Both the position numbers and the translations under genes were made by a program. From the NCBI GenBank assembly GCA_951406725.2, contig OX597821.1, positions 43,710,001-43,774,000 on the forward strand: a DNA stretch of 64,000 nucleotides. The letters are read 5' to 3'. Position 1 is the stretch's first letter. Each line of letters starts with the position of its first letter. Positions 26,100 to 40,794 of this stretch are shown one piece after another. A model generated the notes under the pieces. The model was not told the DNA's origin. It searched no databases and was given only the letters and a program-made list of their open reading frames with translations. The DNA is from Octopus vulgaris (taxonomy: Eukaryota).

Positions 26100-26545
26100 G
26101 ATGGTAAGCAGACTGAATCATTTAGATTCTGGACAAAATGCTTACAAGCATTTTGTCTGTCTATACATCCTGTGTTCAAATTCTACCATGGTTGACTTTG
26201 CCTTTCATCCTTTCTGGGTCAACAAAATAAATAGAAGTTGAACACTGGGGTTGATGCAAATTGACTCTCCCCTTCCTCTAAAATTTCCAGCCTTTTGCCT
26301 ATAGTAGAAAGGATCATAATCACTAATGCTAATAAGGCGGTGAGCTGACAGAATCATTTTCACATTGGACAAAATGCTTAGTAGCATCTCTTCTGTCTCT
26401 TGGCAATGAGCTTTAATTCTGCCAAGGTCAGCTTTGCCTTGCATCCTTTTGGGGTTGATAAAATAAGTTCCATTTGAGCACTGGAGTCAATGTTATCAAC
26501 TTGCCCCATCCCCAAATATTTCAGGTTTTGCACCTGTAAGAGAAA
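26098..26545 (+). mobile_element. Two tandem SINE family B copies
   Basis: aag(g/a)(c/t)ggt(g/a)agc...agaatcat heads at about 26098 and 26334, each followed by the family-B central domain. Confidence 0.8.
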
Positions 26546-27836
26546 AGTAACTCAAAATTTACCTTGGCATTATTTGAAGTCAGAACTAACAAAAATAGAA
26601 TTAAATACATCAGATATTTAGTCTATCACTCTACTGTTGTTGCTATTTTGTTATCTTTATAAAATATCTCTGATTCCTTACAATGGTTCAAAATCACAAA
26701 TATGTTGGCAAGCAGTATAGGGTATTTAACTCATTTAATGGCCTCTCATTAATTCCATAGTTACATATTAATTCCATTGAAGCCAACCTGGCAATCATCC
26801 AGAGATATTTATTCAAGGTATTCAAGATGAGCACTGCACATCTACTTAACTTAGTTCTTACAGTGTTAAGTTATAATTTATTTCAAATCTAATAATACAC
26901 CCTCAGGAACAAATATTAAGTCAGCTTGAAGTCATAACATGTAATCAAAAGCCTAGATTTGATACGTTTATACCAGGTTAGCAGCAAAGTTTTGTAACAA
27001 TAATCTACCAGACACAACTGCAATCCTCTTGTTGGCACTCCTTCTATGAGTCAGTACTTAGGCTTGTAACTAATTACTGAACTTTATCCTTCCTTCCCAG
27101 AGCAACAAGTCTCTCCAATTCCCTCTCCAACATTATATAATAACAAGGATAATAATGATTTCAAATTTTAGCATAGGGCCAGCAATTTTGAGGAAGAGAC
27201 GACTAGTTGATTACATCAACTCCAGTGTTCCATTAGTACTTATTTTATTGATCTTGAAAAGATGAAAGACAAACTCAGCAGAACTCAGAATGTAAAGTGC
27301 TGGAAGAGATACTACTAAGTATTTTGTCAGCTGCAATAAATATTCTGCTGTTGTACACACTGCTCAGTTGCACTACAACTAATCAGAAAAGGGTAAAAGA
27401 AGGGCAGAAAGAACCATGAAAAAGTAAAGAACAACAACAATGACAGGCAAAAGAGTATGCATAGGCATGTCAGGGGTAGGGTTAGGAAATTTCAGGAAGC
27501 ATGTTGGTGAATTTCAGGAATTTCAGGAAGTTTTTTGCAGGGTGAAGTGTCCTGACAGCTTATAAGTGATGCATGTAGGTCCAGCTTACAGATTTTCAAG
27601 TTGCATGTGGACCACATGAATGGTAGCAGTCATGGAAGACCTGCAATATAAAAGTTGTGGGTTTAGCTCCATCTTTTGATGACAGTAAAATAAATGACTA
27701 ATATTTATTCTTGGAGAAATTAAAGTTGACTCCAGCATATCTTGAATTCATAATGTTAACTGATGTAACTAAATACTGTGAGGTATTTTGTCTGGTAGTC
27801 CTCTATGTCAGCTATTTTACTGGCTTTTACTTCTTC

Positions 27837-27869
<33 letters not shown>

Positions 27870-28146
27870 CCTTTCTACTATAGGCACAAGGCCAGAAATT
27901 TTGGGGGAGAGGGTAAGTTGATTACATCAACCCCAGTATTCAAATGGTACTTATTTCATCGACCCCAAGAGGATGAAATGCAAAGTCAACCTTGGCAGAA
28001 TTTGAACCCAGAATGTAACAACAGATGAAATACTGCTAAAGCATTTTACTTGGTGTGCTAATGATCTTATAATAATTTTGCTTGTCATTGTGTTACTTAG
28101 CCTGTCAGTAACATTTTCACATGATTAGAGAAAAAGAGGGAAAAAG

Positions 28147-28185
<39 letters not shown>

Positions 28186-30714
28186 TGGGAGAGAGAAAAA
28201 GAGGTAGGGAGAAAAAGAGGGAGAGAGAAGCGTCCATGATGTGAGGTAGAGGGAATGTAATTGTAACACTTTCATGTGATTAGTTAAAGGGAAAGAGAGA
28301 AAAAGGATAAGCGAAAAGTGAGACAAGAAGAGGGAGAGACAAGCGTCCATGACATGAGGTAGGGGGAATGTAATATTTATTACGTGGTTTAAAAAGTTAG
28401 TTTAAAGTAGAGGAGGAGAGTTAAAAATATAATTGTAGCAGAGGGGTGGTGTTCTGATGGTGAGGTTAAAGAAAGGAAGAGAGAGAGAGAGAGAGAGAGT
28501 GAGAGAGAGGGGAAAGGTGGGGAGAGAGAGGAAGGAGACAGAGGGGAGAGAGATGATGATGGGGATGGTGGTGGTGGTGGTGGAGATGGAGGTGTGGTGA
28601 TAGAGATGGAGCTGGTGGTGGTGATTGGATAGTGAAAGTATATATATTTTTTCAATTGAACTAAGTTTTTTATATCACCTATCACCTAACACATGCACAT
28701 TAGTGCAATTCCATGAAATATTCATGCTTATTTAACTAAAGGCTGTATCATATGTATGGGACATATTTTTTTTGTTTATGGGAGAAATGGAAAAATAAAA
28801 GTGCATATTTATTTTATGAGTGCTCTATATTAAGTATATAATATTGTGCATAAAGTATATAAAGTGTATATATAAAGTGCATTAAGTAATCATTGGATTC
28901 CAATTTCTTTCACATTTCAATGGTTAGCAGGTGAGTAACTATCTTTTCATACAGACACAACACAGGCTACGCTCTCAGGCTTTTTGGATAAAGTTTTCAG
29001 AAATAACCCAGTAGGTTTACCATTAATTCCATGAAGTATTCACTGGTCCCACTAGTAATAATAATGGTTTCAAATTTTGGTATAGATCCCACAATTTTAG
29101 AGGAGTGGGTTACTCTGTTATATTAACTCTAGTGCCCAACTTGTACTCATTTTATCAATCCCATAAGGATGAAAGGCAAAGTCAACCTCAGCAGGATTTG
29201 AGTTCAGAACATAGAGAGCCAGAAGAAGTGCCACTAAACATTTCATCCAGTGCTATAATGAGTCTGCCAGCTCACTGCTTTTTATTAATGCTAATAATAA
29301 AAATATTGATTTCTACCTTTAGCACAAAATCACATATTTTAGAAGAAGAATATAATTAATTCAATCAACCTGAATTATATTTATTTTTAGTTATGTCAAA
29401 GGATATAACTAGATATCTCAAGGCTTTAGTTGTCCACAAATTAACAGTAATTTAAATGAATCAATTATACCTTCACACACACACACACACTTGCACACAC
29501 ACAAATGTGTGCATGCGTAAGCATATATATATATATATATACATATGCATATATAGATGCATAATATATGTATGCATATATATGCATATATATATATATG
29601 AGAAATCAAATTCGTACTTTAATGAAAGAATTCTATGTTAATTAAGACTAGACATCCATTTTAAAAGTTATTGATCAGGTCAGCCCTGATTCAGTTGACC
29701 AATGAGCAAAGGTGTTCTACTTATGACTATACCTTTTCATAGATCTGGGACTGTAATGTTTAATTCATTCTATTCTTTTGTGGATGGTAGAGTATAGTTT
29801 GAAGGAAATTTTGTAGCTATTTCTAGCAAGTTGGTTAGCTGCATGGAACCCCTTCATTGGCTCATGGTTTTATGAGGCAAAAGCATTTCTCAGTGGCTCA
29901 GTCCATTCAGGTGTAAATATGTAAAGAGTGTAAGTAGTGATAAGCAATTTTTGCCTATAAATATGTACTGTAAAGGAGTGTATGTAGTGGGAGTACTGTG
30001 CAATTGACAATTGTGATATTTGGTGTAGTTTTCATTTAGTTGTTGTTGTTGTTTAATACCAGGTCATCTCAAATTAAGTGTGGCTATACCCCATTTTCGA
30101 CACATCCTTTGCCCCAGACTGCATTATCAAATGTCTTTCTTTGTTGTATATTGGTTTAGTAATGAGATAGGACAGAAGTAGTCAATGATAAGAGTTTTGA
30201 GACTAAAATCTTGTCTCAACCAAAAATATCAACAGACTGGCAGACTGTTTAGGGAAGAAGAAGGTCTTAAATGCCAGTCCCTTTGAATATATAGAGGGTT
30301 TGGAATATAGTAAAATATCACAGAATAAGAGTTGGTTGGGGTTCAAAAAAAGAAGGAAGAATATGTAAGATAGTCAGGCTGGAAGTAGATTTCCAACTGA
30401 GATATTAATATATACATTAGTGACAAAGGTAGTATTAATACAGAGAGGTAATGTCTAACCTCACTTGAATGTGGATGTGCTGTTACAACAAACTTTACTG
30501 CAGGAGAAACTATAAGAGAAACTCTTATATAGGCTTTTGGTGCAAAATACATGCTTGTTTATATTGCTAGTGGGGAGTTTAAATTCTCGCCACCTCCAGC
30601 ACTTCCCCACTAGTGAGATAAACATGTGTGCATTTTGCACCAAAAGCCTACATGGGAGTTTCTGTCATAGTTTCTACTGCAGTAGAAGTTTGTTCTAACA
30701 GAATATTCATGCTT

Positions 30715-31155
30715 TGTTAGTTAGTTAATTTTTTGGCTCAAAAAGCAAAAAGCAAGGCCATGTAGGGGGACGTGGAGTTATGTACAGGGTGGTGTTCATG
30801 TAAAGAGTTCAGGCCACTTGAGGTCAAGGGAGACTTTGAACCGAGCGGTTGTCGTCATCTTCACCATCTTGTCTGGCAGCTTATTCCACGGATCCGCAAC
30901 CCGGACGGAGAAAGCCCCTCTCCTTCGATTGAGATGAAATCGTTGCAGATAGAGCTTTTCAGAATGACCCCGCAGCCGATGCTCTGGAGGAGGAGTGAAG
31001 AACAGCTCTTTCGAGAGGTTACACTTTCCGCTTATGATGTGAGCAAGAATGAGATCTCCACGGCGTCGTCGTTTTTCTAGAGAATAAAGGTTGAGTGTCT
31101 TCAGCCTTTCTTCATAAGACAAATTCTTGAGACCAAGAACCATGCGGGTAGCCAG
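30715..31155 (-). mobile_element. CR1 LINE 3' end, relatively young
   Basis: ORF GLKNLSYEERLKTLNLYSLEKRRRRGDLI...RLRGHS..L...FSVRVADPWNKLP; (CTAA)n tail; CpG retained. Confidence 0.9.
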
Positions 31156-31452
31156 AAAATTATTACATCTAGAGATGTAATATTTAAGTTGAATATAAAT
31201 GGATAAAATTACCCAATGTCTTTATTTAAAATGTTTTTTATTAGTAAATAATTTTCATGCAAAAACCTTATATCCTTTTGGTCATTTGAAGTCCTGGTAA
31301 ATAAATATTAGACTATACTTCACTGAAGAAGTTAAATATGACTGCAATATGTGCAGAATTGTCACTGTTTACTGGACATTACACTCACTCATTACTGCAT
31401 GTACTTACTTAATTTTTAATTAATTAAAATTTCTTGTCGTGTTTGACAATAA

Positions 31453-31980
31453 TTGTCACTAACACTCATGAAATATTTTTCATTACAGGTGTAATTTCAA
31501 CGAGTTAAAAATTAACTTGGATTCATTCAATTTAGCTTGTTAGCCTGCACTTGAGTTTTTCAGATTTTGTCCTTGATACTTTTCAATTTAAAACTTATCT
31601 TTATAAAATATCTTTTTAAAATTGTTCTGTATATTTTTGCATTTTTTCTCATGGCTAGATTTCATGACTCGTTTTGAGCTGTAATTAAATTGTATTGTTT
31701 ACTTCAATGCTTTTAAAAATCTTTATTTTGTCTCTCCATTTATGTAGGTATTTGCATGTATCTACACATTACATGTATGACAACAAACAGACAGAATCAT
31801 TATCACTTCAGACAAAATGCCCAGTGGCATTTCTTCTGGCTTTACGCTCTGAGTTCAAATTCCACTGAGGTCAGAATTTATTGTCACCAACACTTATGAA
31901 ATTGTTTTCATTAAGGATGTAATTTCAATTGGTTAAAAACTCACTTGAATTCATTCACTTAAGCATGTTAGCCTACACTT
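31453..31980. repeat. Diverged ~100 bp direct repeat (31453-31552 and 31881-31980)
   Basis: ttgtcac(t/c)aacact...gttagcct(g/a)cactt occurs twice. Confidence 0.7.
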
Positions 31981-32644
31981 CACTATATGTTCTTTATGCA
32001 GAAGGCATCCCTGGGTAACTTTCTAATGTAAATATAGATGCTTAAGATTTAATTGTGATGAGTATCATTGTTAAAGCCCAAGACACAGTCCTGTCATAAG
32101 CCAATCTTAATGGCGTTGGTTAATGGCCTGTCATTAAAAAGCTGTTACTGAGAAGTCAGAGATAGTATCTTTGATTTATATCTGACCTCTTCTCCCCGGA
32201 CAGCGATTTACCAGAGATTGGTGTCAATGTCAAACATGACAAGATTAAATATAGTATCAGGCTCTCTTTGGAAAATATTGAATGGAGAGTTGTGTAAATC
32301 TATTTTATGATTAATATGTCACTGCTCTCCCTTATAAATATTCAACAGTGAGCTAACACCTAGCAACAACCAACCCACAACCCTGTCTTTTGTCATTTAT
32401 AAACTGAATTTATTGCTGAGTAAATTTCACCATTTTCACAGTGAAGCTTATTAATTTCATCTTGCTAAGTTGTTATATTTTAGCTCTAGGATTACTCTAC
32501 TCAAGAAGATCTATGATCAAAGACATTCCCATTTTTTTATTTTCAGGCATTGCAACCATCCTGCCCTTATTTTCAGGCATAGTATTCTTTTCTTTCATTC
32601 TTTTACTTGTTTTAGTCATTTGACTGCAGTTATGCTGGAGCATC

Positions 32645-33765
32645 ATACTCAGTAACAAAACAGGCAAAGGAATATCTAAGTGAATTCCAAATACAATAAA
32701 TTCTGGAATTAGACATATAAGAAACAAGTGCAGAAAAAGCTAAGTGCATGAAAACCCGTGCTAAAACTGCTGCCTTAGATATTCTGACTGATAAATGGCA
32801 AGAAAATCCTCTCAATGGCAAATACCCAAAGAGAGTGAATAATGCCGATGTTGATAAAGTCCTTACCCATCAATGGCTAATGGCTTCTGGCTTAAAATCT
32901 GGAACAGAAGGGTTTATCATAGGTGCCCAAGGTCAATGCCTACTGACAAAGAACTTATCAGACCAACATATTAAAGAATGACAGCTTCCCAACATGTCAT
33001 GTATGTCAACAACAAAATGAAACCATTGATCATGTTGTCTCCAAGTGCAGTCTTCTTGTGCCTACAGAGTATCTCAACAGGCATGACAGAGCTGCACAAT
33101 ATATTCACTATATATATAATTTGCAAAAATCTGGACTTGCCCTATGATAAAAACTGGTGGGGACACAAACAACTTCCAGTGCTTGAAGATGATCACATCT
33201 CACTCCTCTGGAACTTCACCATTCAAACTAACAGAAAGATAGATACAAATAGGCCAGACGTTATATTGAAAGACTTCAGACAAAACTCATGCCACCTCAT
33301 TGATATAACTGTCCCAATCGATATAAACATATCTGTCAAGACCTTCCAAAAACTGAGCAAGTATAAAGATCTTGAAATAGAAATTAGCAAAATGTGGAAC
33401 CTGAAGACTAAAACAATACTTGTTGTCATAGGTGCCCTGGGAATGATAGCAAAAGGGGCTGGTTACTACCTAGCTCAGATACCAGGGAACTCCAAAATGG
33501 CAGAAATTCAAAAGATAGTGCTCATGGGAACTGCCCATATCCTATGCAAAATACTTTCTATGCAATCTCAAATTTTAAAACAAACACATAATTTTCTTAT
33601 GGTTTCTTAAACATTCTCTAGAACAACACTATGTACAAAACCAAATATATATAGCATCCTAGGCATAACACCAATATGAACTTCTAACTTGTCTCTTGAG
33701 GTCTCTGGGTGAGACTTGGAGCCAACTTGTACAAATGTTGTACAAACATAAAATAATAATAATGA
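32645..33765 (+). mobile_element. R4/Dong-like RLE LINE 3' end
   Basis: WQENPLNGKY...HQWLMASGLKSGTEGFIIGAQ...LLWNFTIQTNRKIDTNRPDVIL...LIDITVP...KYKDLEIEI...VVIGALG; (TAA)n tail. Confidence 0.9.
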
Positions 33766-33949
33766 TGATGATGATGATGATGTTTTCTTTTATTGGCGAC
33801 AAGGTCCGAAGTCATGGGGAACAATATCAAAGGACAAATTATGACACAGAAAAGCAAAAACAAAAACAAAAACATGTAAATAATAATAATAATCATAATG
33901 ATAGTAATGAGCTTATTGTATACAATGCTCAATTGCACTACAACCTGTC

Positions 33950-34145
33950 CTTATAGCTGACATCTCCCATGTAGTTAATACTGAACTTATAATTAACATC
34001 TCTCTTTCATTATAATTAATAACTCTCATTATAATTGATAGCTGTCATTATAGCTGACATCTCCCATTATAATTAACATCTCATTGTAATTAACATCTCC
34101 CATTGGAATCAGATTTTCTCTCCTATTGTGGTTGACATCTTTCAT
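33950..34145. repeat. ~19-20 bp minisatellite (tata(g/a)(c/t)t(g/a)acatctcccat)
   Basis: Repeated units visible directly. Confidence 0.7.
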
Positions 34146-35450
34146 CATATATGACACACTTGTACCACACTTTCATTGGTTGTTTCAAGACTCTACGTAG
34201 TCTCTATGTTTTAGGTCTCTGTGTAGTTGTCAACCTCTCAGTTCTCCCATTGACTCAATAGAACATTGAAGTTACAGCTGGAGGGAGAAAAAGCTGTGTC
34301 AGCGTTTAACTGGTATTCTTTTACATCTGAGTAGATAGGAGCAGTGTAAAATGAGGTTACATACTCAAAGAAATGAACCCAGCATCATATGGTCTGAATG
34401 TAACACTCAAACCAATAGGTCACACATCTTCATTCAGACCATTTATAGTTGTTCATTTTCTAGATGAAGAACTGTGAAATACCATACTAGTGTTACCAGG
34501 TTGCACCTTGAGGTTTTTGGCAACCATTCTCTAAGCTTCATTTTCTTTCTTATTTGGGGATCTTCCTCCTGTCTTTTTGCTTTTGGTACACTCTCAGGAA
34601 GTTTTGGCACACTTTGGTTCATCTTCCTTCTCCTCCTCCTCATCAAGAATGGTGCTACTTGCATATGAAAGTCTCGGTATTGTTTGCTTCTGGAACTGAA
34701 GGTGAGGCAGGCTTTCAGGCCACTCTCAGAGTAGCCTCCAAAAAGTGTGACTGATAATGCTCTAGAAACTAGAGTCTATTACTCTCACTTTCTCTTTTCC
34801 TGCGCATTTTCAGCTCTCTAGGGAAAACCCTTCAAATGGCTCTTGTGACCCATAGCTATAGCAACTAAACTTTCAACCTGCATCAGCAGTCTTGTTTCAT
34901 GCCTTTTATTCCATCCTTAAAACTGAGCACTGTTTCAGTATAGCTCTGTGATCTCCAGGAATCATTAAGGCATGTATATTCATTTCAACTAAACCAGCCA
35001 CATATTCCATGTTTGTGCTAATTATTTAGATTTATCTCTGTAATGTTCACTCACCTGTCATAAAGGTGAAAATAAATCGGATGTCAACATCATGGCAGAT
35101 ACACCTTACCATTAGCCTTGTGTTTCACTGACCAAAATATTGGGGCACTAATGCGTGTCACAATTTTCAATTTCCTTCTCATCAGGTCTACAGTTCTTGC
35201 AACATTAGATTGTACTTCTCCTTACACTTCATTAGTACTTCTCCTTACACATCAGATAAGGTCTCTCCCTACATAGGAGATAAAATCTTTCCCAACACAT
35301 CAGATGGTCTTATGGTTGATTGCGTTTTATATCCATAGCTTGCTGTATAGGTTACATGCATTGTGTCTTTCATCCTTGGGCCCTCAACTATTTTGATCGT
35401 TTATTTTTAAAACCCAGCAGAATCTTCTCCAAGTCTAATGGAATCAGTTT

Positions 35451-35562
<112 letters not shown>

Positions 35563-35959
35563 AAGAATCAGCCCTGGCATTGAACTGGTATTTTATTTAT
35601 TGTATTTGAAAGAATGAAAGATTACGTTGATCTTCATAGACTTGAACACAGAAAGCTGGGACAGATTCTGCTAAGCATTGTATCTGATGAGCTAAAAACT
35701 TGGCTAGTTATGCTGCTTTAACATGCATAGCTAGACAAAGAGCTAAGAATTTCAACAGGAAGTTGGTTCTTGAAATTATGTCTACTTGACTATGTTTAAT
35801 AGTAGTATGACCTTTAACAGAATGAAGACATTTATTAGATAATAGGAAAATTAAGGAATGAACAAACATGAAGGTAACCTAGTTTTTTAGTGGTCAAACT
35901 AAAAGTGTTATATGTTATTGAAGCTTAGTCGTGGGAGGTTTTGTTCTTATCTCTATTTG

Positions 35960-36290
35960 TGAGGTGTAACTGTGATGTAATTGGAATGTGTGCTGTAACT
36001 ACGGTATATAGGATGTGAGATGTAATTGAGGTTTAAATGTTGTGTGATTAGAATGTGAGGTGTAACTGGAATGTGTAGTGTAACTGATGTGTAACAAGAA
36101 TGTGTGAATTGTGTCTGATGTGTAAATATGATATAAGTAGAATGTGTGGTGTAACTGAAGTGTAATTAGAATATAATCAGAATGTGTAGCATAACTGAAG
36201 TGTAACTAGAATGTAACAAGAATGTAACTAGGATGTGTTGTGTAGTTGTGGTGTAACCAGAATGTAACTAGAATGTGTGGAGTAACTCTC
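35960..36290. repeat. Degenerate TGTAACTAGAATG minisatellite
   Basis: Many tgtaa(c/t)(t/a)(a/g)gaatg units. Confidence 0.7.
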
Positions 36291-36490
36291 TGAAAGGGTA
36301 ATTAATATTATTAACTGTGAAAGGATGAACACCAAAGTCCATCCTGGCAGGATTTGAATACAGAACTCAGAAAGTCAAAGCAATCACTCAAGGTATTCTA
36401 GACAGCATTCTAATCACTGCCAATTTTCTTATATGAGTGTGTACACACATGCAACATATGTATATACATCATTTACATAGACACACATAT

Positions 36491-36544
<54 letters not shown>

Positions 36545-37949
36545 ACACACATTTGCATACACATACATACACACACACATGAGTGAATGAACAAATAAAA
36601 AAATTGCACTCAACACACACACATATATATACATGCACACACACACATATGCACATTTATCATCATCATCATTATCATCATCATCATCATCATCATCATC
36701 GTTTAACTTATCTTTTCCATGCTGGCTTTGGTTGGACAGTTTGACAGGATCCAATGAGCAGCAGAACTGCATCAGGCCTCAATGCCAGCTTTGACATGGC
36801 TTCTATGGTTAGATGCCCTAACTAACACCAACCATTTTGCAGAGTATACTGGGTGCTTTTTACGTGGCACCAGCACTATTGATGTCACCAAGTAACTTGC
36901 AATACTAAAAAAAGGAGGGGAAAATAAAAAAACAAAGAAGGAAGAGGAAAAAACACCCCCTCAGCTGAGTGAGAGTGTATTTGAGAGAGGAGGAAGTGGC
37001 TTAAGGCCAACTGCTGAAGACTCTGCTGAAGCAAGCACAGGTGTCTTGGGATAGATGGCTACCCTGCATTATAGCTTGGAGATATAAAGATGGTGGTGAT
37101 AGGGTATTAGAGTGTACTCTCAAAATACAAGGTGAGTATAAGGGAGAGTATTAGGCAGTGGATCAGGAAAGAAAGAAAGAAACAGTGGGTAATTTCATAA
37201 GGGTGTGAGAGGAGAGTGACAAGTGGTTAGAGATGGGGCTAGATGTGGATGTAGTGAATGGTGAACAAGGATGGAGATGTGGTTGGTTGATATCAGTAGG
37301 GAGATGGGAGGTTAGTAAAATAGAAGCGAGAGGTGATAAACTGTGGCACAGGAGGTGTGGAGAGCAAATGTATCAAAAAAATCTGTAGAAACACCAGAAA
37401 CCAAGGAGATGATGTGCAGGATGTGAGAGAAGAGGGGAGGAAGATAAACATCTGAAGAGATAGAAGTGGGAGGTACATGAGGATGGCTTGCTGTGTACCA
37501 AGCCACAAAGGTGGGGTGGGGAAGCAATAATGTATATGAAAGGGTACTGAGGATGATAGTGGACAGGAAGTATTAAAGATGAGGTATGGTGGACCTGAGA
37601 TGTAGCTCAGTGGAGTGGGAGAGGTGACTGATGGCACAGAAAAAGAGTGGTCTGCGGAAAGTAGTATGGAACGGAATGATAATGAGAATATGGAGTTTAA
37701 AAGGGAGTAGTTCCAGCAGGGGAAGGAGGTAATTATGCCAATTCTGCTCCCAGATGATCACAGTGGCTGAGTAATGTCATGGAGCAGTGATGGAGGGTTA
37801 GATGTTAGGAAGATGAGACATGGGGTAATGCTTGATGTGGGCAGATTGGGTGCAGGGCCCAGCATATACAGGCATACATATGATGCTTTTAAGACTTCAT
37901 GCTTGCTGTGATGGGCAGGTCTTCTTGAAATACAGTGAATTGCCAATCA

Positions 37950-38348
37950 TATCAGTCTATTATCCTCTTCTCTGTGAGGCCCAATATTTTGTAATCAGTC
38001 TTCACTACTTTGTCCCATGTCTCCCTAGGTTACCCTTTTCCACAATCCATTTTAAGCATTCAGCACTTCTTTGTAGAGCTGTTCTCATCCAGACACATCA
38101 CATGCCCGAACCCTTGCAGTCTTTTCTCTTGCACACTATATCTGATTCTTCTTATGCTTAATTTTTCTCTCAACACATTTGCACTTTATTGTACAAGGAC
38201 ACCACTGACATTGCACATCCAACAGAACTTACTAACCTCACTCGTCTCTAGTCTTTGCATCTCCTATGCATTCAAACTCCACATTTCACTCCCATATTGC
38301 ATTGTTGTTCGTACACAAGCATCATACAATCTGCATTTCACTTGGAGA
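37950..38348 (-). mobile_element. RTE LINE 3' ORF fragment
   Basis: RLYDACVRTTMQYGSEMW...WMCNVS...LREKL...RLQGFGHVM. Confidence 0.8.
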
Positions 38349-38416
38349 AAGGGAGAGGGGGAAAGAGAGAGTGAGGGGGAGAGAGAGAGAGAGAGAAGAA
38401 AGTGAGAGAAGAGAGT

Positions 38417-38464
<48 letters not shown>

Positions 38465-38984
38465 TTTGTTGTTAACTGAAGTTCCCTGAATTTTTTCTAT
38501 CCAATACTTATTCTAACAATTATACTTTCAAAATTTCCTCCTCCACTGCTAATTAGGCTGCCTAGGAAACAAAAACTCTTGGGAGCCTCCTGGGCATTTG
38601 AGAAAATCTATTTACCATATATCTTTCATGTTGGCAGCAAAGAAGATAATTCTTTCCATCTTAAATCTTAAATATTCAGAATAGCTGCCAGATTACTGGT
38701 CAATGATTGAATAAAACAAGAGATGCCTGTGAAACACTAAAATGGTATATGAAAACCTGAAAGAAACCACTACAAATTCTATAAAAGGTTATGTTGCTAG
38801 CCTTGCTCAAAATCTTATTTGAAAATAATTTGGATTAATACTAGATATGTATTCTGTTATGGGATTAGTGCTGTAATGTGTCCATAGCACCAGCAGTTTG
38901 GAGATGGTAGTTTTAATACTGTGCAAATACATGTTATTCCCATTAGCCTAGTTTCTTTTGTCATAATGTGCAGCAACAGCAGTA

Positions 38985-39220
38985 ACAATGATGATGACGA
39001 TAATGACGACGATGATGACGATAATGACGATGATGACAACGATGACGACGATAACGATAATGATGACGATGACGATGATGACGATGAAGATGATGACGAT
39101 AATGACGACGACGACGGCGACAATGACGACAACGATGATGATAATGATGACGACGATGATGATGGATGATGATGATGATGGATGACGATGACGATGATGA
39201 TGATGACAACAACGACAACA
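38985..39220. repeat. Degenerate (GAT/GAC)n trinucleotide array
   Basis: Direct reading; gives poly-D, poly-S and poly-H ORFs. Confidence 0.9.
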
Positions 39221-39454
39221 GTTTACTAATGTAAGCTATGAAGGAGTCCATACATGCCATTCAGGGGGATTGTTATAAATTGCTTGTCCTGTAAGAAATA
39301 GCTGCCAAATCTTCAAATCACAGCCTACAGGACAGGATACATTAGGTAATATCATCTTACATACCATTAAAGATGGGATGGTCATGATTGGAATACTTCT
39401 GATCATAGGTCTACTCCATCAGCACGAATCACAGTTTAAACAACAGCAGCAGCA

Positions 39455-39805
39455 AGTGGAGGCTCAATGGCCCAATGGTTAAGGCAGTAGACTCGCAGTT
39501 GGAGGATTGCGTTTTCGATTACCAGACCGGGCGTTGTGTGTGTTTATTGAGCGAAAACACCTAAAGCTCCATGAGGCTCCGGAGGGAGTGGTGGCGACCC
39601 CTGTTGTACTCTTTCGCCCCAACTTTCTCTCACTCTTTCTTCCTGTTTCTTGTCCCCGACTTCCTACGCAACCACTGAGCCTGGATGTGCACTCATCCAT
39701 CTGTCGATGCTCTCGGTGCCGGGGGTTGACCTGCTTTCTATTCTGTGGGTCTTACGAATAGCAAAGGACCACGTTTTGAACTTCTCCCACTCTGGGACGA
39801 AGACC
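39455..39805 (+). mobile_element. tRNA-derived SINE family D
   Basis: A box tggcccaatgg and B-box-like tttcgattacc; highly similar inverted copy at 59598-59933. Confidence 0.85.
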
Positions 39806-40794
39806 ACTTTGCTCAACAGCAATAACAACAACAGAAACAATAACAATGATGAAAATAACAATAACTGGGACTTCTAAATGGATTATAGTTCATGAAGTTG
39901 ATCAAAAGAATGAAATAAGAATTGGAAAATAACTTTTTGCTCTAATAATTTATCCATTTATTGATGTTAAGTTGATGTATGATGTGTGTGACAGCTGTCC
40001 ATCCAGGTGTCACTGGTAGCAAGATCAGTCAGCTATTTGGTAGGTCCTAACTGTGAAACATGGTTGAAGTCAAGGATTTTCTTGCACACACTCATGCATA
40101 GACACATATGTACCCATGGATACACACACACATATGCAAATGCACACACACACACACGCACGCACACGCACACACATGCAAATGGATGCACATACACACA
40201 CACTCCCTCACTCCCACACATTATTGCTTTCAAGTTCTGGCACAAGGCCAGCAATTTTGTGGATGGGAAATAATCAATTAGATCAAACTCAGTGCTCAGT
40301 TGGTACTTATTTTATTGACCTTGAATGGATAAAAGGCAAAGTTGACCTCAGAGGAATTTGAACTCAGAATATAAAGACAGACAAAATACTGCCAAGCATT
40401 TTATCACACAACAACCAATACACACACATGCATCAACACACATCATCATCATCATCGCCATCAACCACAGCCACATCAACACCAAGTATTTCGCATGCAC
40501 AATAATCATACATTTAACAGTTTATTTAACATAATAAAAAAATTAACAGTTAAACAATTCATAATAATTTCAAGTTTAATAGTTTTATCTTTATTCCAGT
40601 TGAGAATCGTCAACAGAGTGAACAGAGGAGTTGGTGAATTTAGCCCAAGGTATGTGTCCCAACCACCAAGTCATGAACTACGACTGGGCTGCAGAGAAAA
40701 ATAAATTTTAAAATTTTATCTCTATCTTATTGATTATTCCAGGATGTTTTTGCATTACATATGTATTATAATGTAATATATATATATATATATA

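Noticed and set aside
38557-38570. RFX X-box-like gctgcctaggaaac in a unique region
   Set aside because: A single imperfect motif with no promoter context
39455-39535. tRNA-like sequences (also 16129, 19812, 59855)
   Set aside because: SINE heads followed by family bodies, not tRNA genes
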